This document shows, one piece after another, positions 58,655 through 63,648 of a stretch of DNA of 63,648 nt. The DNA lies in IMG/VR virus record IMGVR_UViG_3300025141_000080, positions 1 through 63,648 of that record; one strand, given 5' to 3'. Under the pieces are notes generated by a model, which searched no databases, was not told the origin of the DNA, and saw only the letters and a list, made by a program, of their open reading frames with translations. The stretch is from a virus. Lineage: Duplodnaviria > Caudoviricetes. The position numbers and the translations under genes were made by a program. Each line of letters starts with the position of its first letter. Position 1 is the first letter of the stretch.

Positions 58655-59429
58655 TACTATAGTACATTTTTCTGATTTACATTTGAAATTATATAAGGAC
58701 CATACCCATTATAGAGATATATTGGAATCATGTTTTAAATTATGGAAAGAAATAAACCCAGATAGAATTGTTTTTACTGGTGATTTAGTACATTCAAAAA
58801 ATCAAATGACTCCTGAATTAATAGAAATGATTAGGTGGGTACTTATGGAATGTAGTGAGATAGCCACAACCTTAGTGTTAATAGGTAATCACGATTTTTT
58901 AGAAAATAACTTAGATAGGTTAGACGCAATAAGTCCTGTTTTATCCGCTATAAATGATGATAATATTATTTATTTAAAAGATAGAGGGATAGTAGAGGAT
59001 GAGAACGTAACTTGGTGTGTGTATTCTTTAATGGACCACAACAAAAGACCTGATTTTACAAATAAAGGAGATTCACATTATATAGGGTTGTTTCATGGAG
59101 CTATACAAGGGTCCTCAACTGACATGGGGTTTGCATTTGAAGACGGGTACGATACTAATGAGTTTAGTGGGTGTGACGTAGTATTAGCTGGAGACATACA
59201 CAAGAGACAAATACTAGACATACCCAACGGTAAAAAGGCATACATGGTTGGGTCATTAATTCAACAAAATTTTGGAGAAAACATTAATAACCATGGATTT
59301 GGAATTTACAACATAAAAGAGGGCAAATATTCCTTTAAAGATATTGAAAATTTAGCACCATATGTTAATTTTAAAATAAAAGATATAACAGATATAGAAA
59401 ATGCAAAAGAAACCATCACCAACATCTAA
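58647..59429 (+). CDS. sbcD: metallophosphoesterase, SbcD/Mre11/gp47-like recombination nuclease (catalytic domain only)
   Basis: HFSDLH, FTGDLVH, IGNHD, LFHG, LAGDIHKRQ, GSLIQQNFGE. Confidence 0.85.
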   Translation: MINTIVHFSDLHLKLYKDHTHYRDILESCFKLWKEINPDRIVFTGDLVHSKNQMTPELIEMIRWVLMECSEIATTLVLIGNHDFLENNLDRLDAISPVLSAINDDNIIYLKDRGIVEDENVTWCVYSLMDHNKRPDFTNKGDSHYIGLFHGAIQGSSTDMGFAFEDGYDTNEFSGCDVVLAGDIHKRQILDIPNGKKAYMVGSLIQQNFGENINNHGFGIYNIKEGKYSFKDIENLAPYVNFKIKDITDIENAKETITNI

Positions 59430-60036
59430 AGTTCCTAAGGACTTATCATATAAAACTAAAAAAAGAGAATTTTTTGGGTTGGAGTTGCCTAAGGATTTAA
59501 AAAATGAAGTAGAACAATTTTGTAAATTAAATGAAATAGAAGATTGTGATGCATTTCTATTGGGGTGCCTTAAAGGAGGATTCGCTATTGAAAAATTTGG
59601 TAGAACCCCTGTTAGTGCAGGAAAAGAAATTATAGAAAAAGAAGTAGTTAAGGAAGTAGAAAAAGAAGTAGAAAAAATAGTAGAAGTTCCGGTGGAAAAG
59701 ATAGTAGAAAAAATAGTAGAAGTCCCAGTAGAAAAAATAATAGAAGTAGAAAAAACTATTACCGATAATACTAAGATAGAGGAATATTCACAGCAAGCTA
59801 ATGAGTTAAAACTAGAAAATGAAAGATTAAACCAAACTGTGAATATTCTTAATAATACGGTAGAGAATTTAGAAACTCATAGCGAAGATAGTTCTTCGAG
59901 GAAAAAAGAGATTGGAGAATTAAAAAATAAAATAAAAGAATATGAGGAAGTATTAGAACACTTTAGACGATTTAGTAGTCCTACTGCAACTCATCTAAAA
60001 TCATCTAGATTAGATGATGAATATTATAAGGAATAA
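59401..60036 (+). CDS. coiled-coil protein with EKIVEVPV charged repeats
   Basis: IIEKEVVKEVEKEVEKIVEVPVEKIVEKIVEVPVEKIIEVEK followed by heptads. Confidence 0.7.
   Translation: MQKKPSPTSKVPKDLSYKTKKREFFGLELPKDLKNEVEQFCKLNEIEDCDAFLLGCLKGGFAIEKFGRTPVSAGKEIIEKEVVKEVEKEVEKIVEVPVEKIVEKIVEVPVEKIIEVEKTITDNTKIEEYSQQANELKLENERLNQTVNILNNTVENLETHSEDSSSRKKEIGELKNKIKEYEEVLEHFRRFSSPTATHLKSSRLDDEYYKE
59626..59754 (+). repeat. imperfect tandem coding repeat (gtagaaaaaatagtagaagt...)
   Basis: Visible at nucleotide level; encodes V/I-E-K/V repeats. Confidence 0.75.
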
Positions 60037-60037
60037 A

Positions 60038-60367
60038 ATGGAATTTATAATTTGGATTATAGCAGCGTACGGAATGTCACAAATATTAGTATTTGGAAGT
60101 ATATTTAATAAACCTAGAAAATGGATAAGTCGACACTCTAAATTTTTTGGAGATTTATTAGAATGCATGATGTGTACTTCTACATGGGTAGGGTTCTTTT
60201 TCTCATTAACATTTTTCTCACCCACTCTAGACTTAATAACCATACCTTACACCCATATTTTCTTTGATGGAATGGTAGCAAGTGGTGGTGTATGGGCTAT
60301 AAATGCAATTGTTGAATGGTATGAAGAAAATAAACCGAAGAAAGAGGATGAAGACATTCTTCTATAA
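60038..60367 (+). CDS. DUF1360-like small membrane protein
   Basis: Three hydrophobic segments and GDLLECMMCTSTWVG motif. ATG 60038, just after the upstream stop, preferred over 60014. Confidence 0.7.
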   Translation: MEFIIWIIAAYGMSQILVFGSIFNKPRKWISRHSKFFGDLLECMMCTSTWVGFFFSLTFFSPTLDLITIPYTHIFFDGMVASGGVWAINAIVEWYEENKPKKEDEDILL

Positions 60368-61304
60368 GGATAGGTTAGAAGTAGGATGTGATGAAGCGGG
60401 GAGAGGACCGTGGGCTGGCCCATTATTTGCCGCAGCGGTTATCTTAAAACCCGGGTTCTCCCACAAACTTATTAGAGACAGTAAAAAACTAAGTCCTAAA
60501 CAAAGGAAGGAAGCAAGAGAGATAATTAAAAAGAATGCAATAGCTTGGAGTATAAGTTCTGTGAGCCCCAAAGTCATAGATAATATTAATGTTCAAAAAG
60601 CTACGATGTTAGCGATACATCGGTGTCTAAAAAAAATAAAAACAAATTTTGATTTAATTTTAATGGACGGCAATGTTTTTAAAAAATATAAAAACGTACA
60701 ACACAAATGTTTAGTGAAGGGAGATTCTAGAATCTATTCAATTGCTGCAGCGTCTATACTCGCGAAGACCGCTAGGGATGAGTACATGATTAAATTATCT
60801 CAAAAATTCCCTGTGTATAAGTGGAATGAAAATAAAGGATATGGGACCCAAGACCACACCCGTGCTATATTAGCTAATGGAGATACTCCCCACCACAGAA
60901 AGTCATTCCTAAAGAATCTATATAGGAAGATGAAAAATAAAAAGAAAAAATTAGAGGCACATGATAAATTTCCATCTATAGGTAAAAAGACAGCTCTGGT
61001 AGACATAGACGAGACTATATGTTTTTATCCAGAAGGAGGAAGAGTTTATGAAAAAGCAATTCCATCCTACAGAAATATAAAAAAAATTAATAAATTATAT
61101 AAAGAGGGATGGGATATCGTTTATTGGACTTCTAGAGGCTCATCCCAACCTAATAACCCACATAGAATGGAATATATTAGAAAATTAACGATAGACTCCT
61201 TAAAGAAATGGGGGTGTAAGTACAAAGAATTACAAATAGGGGATAAAAAACCAGGGTTTAACTTGGTTATAGACGATAAAGCAAAAAGAATTGATGAAAT
61301 ATAA
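60348..61304 (+). CDS. rnhB: RNase HII fused to a HAD-family (capsule-phosphatase-like) domain
   Basis: GCDEAGRGPWAGP, DSKKL, LMDGN, KGDS...SIAAASILAK..RD, NKGYGT, HRKSF; then VDIDETIC...YWTSRG...KP...VIDDKA. ATG 60348 preferred over 60303. Confidence 0.85.
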   Translation: MKTFFYKDRLEVGCDEAGRGPWAGPLFAAAVILKPGFSHKLIRDSKKLSPKQRKEAREIIKKNAIAWSISSVSPKVIDNINVQKATMLAIHRCLKKIKTNFDLILMDGNVFKKYKNVQHKCLVKGDSRIYSIAAASILAKTARDEYMIKLSQKFPVYKWNENKGYGTQDHTRAILANGDTPHHRKSFLKNLYRKMKNKKKKLEAHDKFPSIGKKTALVDIDETICFYPEGGRVYEKAIPSYRNIKKINKLYKEGWDIVYWTSRGSSQPNNPHRMEYIRKLTIDSLKKWGCKYKELQIGDKKPGFNLVIDDKAKRIDEI

Positions 61305-63600
61305 AAATCCATATATAAAGGTTACCTGGGAAGATACACCTGAAAATTTTACCCAAGAAAAAATAAAAAGGGTAAAGAATTATTTTAGAAAGAAATATAA
61401 TTCCGAAAGAGTTAATTTGGTAACTAAGATATTAGGTTTTGACAGTAAAGAAAACAACCGTATTACTACGGATAATGTGGTAGACCCGGTATACCAACGC
61501 AAGTTAATAAAAGAATTTCTAGAAGAACAGGGAGTTAGTATAGAGTGGGAAAAGTTAATTAGATTAGACAATAAGATTGAAGAAAAAATAGAATCTAATG
61601 AATTAGGAAGAAACAAAAAATGGTTCATTAAGTGGATTGAGTTTAATAATTTTTTATCTTTTGGAGAAAATAATAAGATTGATTTTACTAAGTATGAGGG
61701 ATTAACAGGTATTGATTCCCAACCTTCTAATTTTGGTGGCAAAACTACTTTAACGGTAGACCTCCTGCTGTTCCTATTTTTTAATACCACCACCAAATCC
61801 AATAAAGCTGTGGAAGTATTTAATAGGTTTACGGATAATAATAGAGTGTTAGTAGTAGGAGAAGTAGAAATAGATGGAGAAGATTACATTATAGAACGAG
61901 GTGTAATAAGAAGACTAACCAAGAAAGGGGAGTGGTCAGTTAGAACTGAATTAAATTTTAGCAAAAGACTTGCTGACGGAACACTTCAAAATTTACAGGG
62001 TGAACAAAGAAGAGAGACAGAAGAATTTATAAAAAACTCTATAGGTACAATGGACGATTTTTTATTAACTATCCTCGCAACTGCTAATAATCTAGAAGAT
62101 TTAATAGAAGCGAAACCGACTCATAGAGGACAAATTTTGACGAGATTTATAGGTCTAGAACATTTAAGAAAAAAAGAAGAAACCTGTAAAGAAATATATT
62201 CTTTATGGTCGAAGAGATTAATATCTAATGTTTATGATATCACAACATTAAAGGAGGAAAATCTTACTCTCGCTATAAATAATAAAGAATTAATAACAGA
62301 CACCACAGAAAAAGTAGAAGAGGTAAAAGATATAGATAGTCAGATAAAAGAGTTAGAAGGAGAAAAGGAAAAACTTTTAACAAAAAGACATAAAATAAAT
62401 CCTGAATTAATTATATTGAACCCTACTACACTAGAAGAAGAAATAATAAGTTTAGATAATAAAGTAAGGTCTATTATAAATAAAATTAATGAAATAGAGA
62501 TAATAGAACCTACAAAAGAGTTTAATGACATCAAGTATAAAGAAATACAAAAAGAACTCACATCTAACCAAATAACCTACCAAGTCAACACCAATACTAT
62601 TACTACTCTTGAGAAATTAATTAAGACATTAGAGGAAAGTGAGATATGCCCTACTTGTAAACGTAAATTAGATGATATAGACCATACTAATGAGATTGAA
62701 GATAATATTAAAAAATTAGAAGAGGGTAAAAATAATTTAGAAGCATTACAACATCATATTGATAATCTTCACATAGAGATAAAACACACAGATGTGATTA
62801 AAAAAGAGTGGGAACTTTTTGAGGTTAATAAATTAAGACATGCAAAAAGTCAACTAGAAGCAGACCAATTTAAATTAGAAATAAAAATAAAAAAACAAAA
62901 TCTAAGTAATTGGAAAGACAATGAGAACAAATTAGAAGAAAACAAACGGATAGAAGAAAAATTATTAAGCCTCAAGACCACTATTGATACAACGAATGCA
63001 AACAAAAATAACTTAACCTATATATTACAAACTAATAAAGTAAGGATAGAAGATAATAATAGAAAGATAAAAGAAAATAATGGCAGAATAGAAGAGATAA
63101 AGAAAGAAGAAGAAGTGGATAAAATATTTAAAGCATATCTCATAGCATTTGGAAAGAATGGAATATCTAAATTAGTTCTTAGAAATACAATACCTTATTT
63201 AAATAGTGAATTAAATAGATTATTGTCTGATAGTTGTGAATTTACATTAAACTTACGGATAAATGAGAGAAACGAATTAGAATTTTGGATGATTGATAAT
63301 GATACTTTAATTGAAAAATTAATGTCATCTGGTAGTGGGTATGAAAAAACTTTAGCCTCTCTAGCTTTACGTGCGGTATTAGCTAAAGTATGTGCACTAC
63401 CACAACCTAATGTAGTTTGTTTTGATGAAGCTTTCGGAAAGGTAAGTGATGAAAACCTAGAATTAATGGGAAGATTCTTTATAAAGATAAAAGATTATTT
63501 TGAAAGAATATTTGTTATATCACATAATCCTTTAATAAAAGAATGGTGTGACCAAACTATCACAGTAAAGAAAGAAAATAATATTTCTAAATTAGCTTAA
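61291..63600 (+). CDS. sbcC: SbcC/Rad50/gp46-like recombination ATPase with N-terminal extension
   Basis: FNNFLSFG, Walker A NFGGKTT, coiled coil with CPTC zinc hook (62647-62658), signature SGSGYE, Walker B CFDEAFG, ISH. Confidence 0.92.
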   Translation: MMKYKNPYIKVTWEDTPENFTQEKIKRVKNYFRKKYNSERVNLVTKILGFDSKENNRITTDNVVDPVYQRKLIKEFLEEQGVSIEWEKLIRLDNKIEEKIESNELGRNKKWFIKWIEFNNFLSFGENNKIDFTKYEGLTGIDSQPSNFGGKTTLTVDLLLFLFFNTTTKSNKAVEVFNRFTDNNRVLVVGEVEIDGEDYIIERGVIRRLTKKGEWSVRTELNFSKRLADGTLQNLQGEQRRETEEFIKNSIGTMDDFLLTILATANNLEDLIEAKPTHRGQILTRFIGLEHLRKKEETCKEIYSLWSKRLISNVYDITTLKEENLTLAINNKELITDTTEKVEEVKDIDSQIKELEGEKEKLLTKRHKINPELIILNPTTLEEEIISLDNKVRSIINKINEIEIIEPTKEFNDIKYKEIQKELTSNQITYQVNTNTITTLEKLIKTLEESEICPTCKRKLDDIDHTNEIEDNIKKLEEGKNNLEALQHHIDNLHIEIKHTDVIKKEWELFEVNKLRHAKSQLEADQFKLEIKIKKQNLSNWKDNENKLEENKRIEEKLLSLKTTIDTTNANKNNLTYILQTNKVRIEDNNRKIKENNGRIEEIKKEEEVDKIFKAYLIAFGKNGISKLVLRNTIPYLNSELNRLLSDSCEFTLNLRINERNELEFWMIDNDTLIEKLMSSGSGYEKTLASLALRAVLAKVCALPQPNVVCFDEAFGKVSDENLELMGRFFIKIKDYFERIFVISHNPLIKEWCDQTITVKKENNISKLA

Positions 63601-63648
63601 TTCCAGATTACATTAACTGTTTTATCGTTTAAATCGACTTGTAGCCCT
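63597..63648 (-). CDS. possible 3' end of a convergent minus-strand gene
   Basis: Minus frame reads GLQVDLNDKTVNVIWN* with its stop overlapping the sbcC stop (TTAA); only 16 codons visible. Confidence 0.35.
   Translation of the reverse strand, partial: GLQVDLNDKTVNVIWN

Noticed and set aside
769-62561. Numerous 60-150 aa minus-strand and alternative-frame ORFs in the track (e.g. 12550-12870, 17667-18113, 61380-61802, 56688-56885)
   Set aside because: All are nested in long + strand genes with clear motifs; their compositions are antisense shadows (e.g. poly-Ser opposite Glu/Gly codons) with no family motifs.

Overview
AT-rich, gene-dense fragment of a large (probably jumbo) contractile-tailed dsDNA bacteriophage. 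Nearly all genes lie on the + strand and use the standard code. Layout: (i) tail-tube-initiator/hub genes with an OmpA-like insert, a LysM/gp53-like protein and a hub protein with a C-terminal amidase (135-12163); (ii) two small, probably head-related genes; (iii) a replication/recombination block (gp32-like SSB, RecA/UvsX, 5'-3' exonuclease, DnaB, class II RNR, zinc-ribbon and Smr-like mini-genes; 13356-20481); (iv) about 36 kb of baseplate and tail-fibre/adhesin genes (gp25, gp6/J and giant Cys/Thr/Gly-rich proteins; 20538-56327); (v) a second DNA-metabolism block (RuvC-like resolvase, primase, PD-(D/E)XK nuclease, SbcD/gp47, RNase HII-HAD fusion, SbcC/gp46). A-rich starts without Shine-Dalgarno sites, SprB-like repeats and GCTDP repeats suggest a Bacteroidota host (inference). 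The most unusual signals are in the tail module: a [S/T]-[G/A]-x-T motif recurring dozens of times (candidate glycosylation sequon), a vWA/MIDAS-like cassette shared by two different tail proteins, a tail-collar (DUF3751-like) domain whose halves are distributed over four genes, a HiPIP-like 4-Cys motif, and a baseplate-cluster protein with membrane-like segments. No tRNA, rRNA, CRISPR array, intein, reverse transcriptase or transposase was recognised. All family calls come from motif recognition by eye, not database searches.
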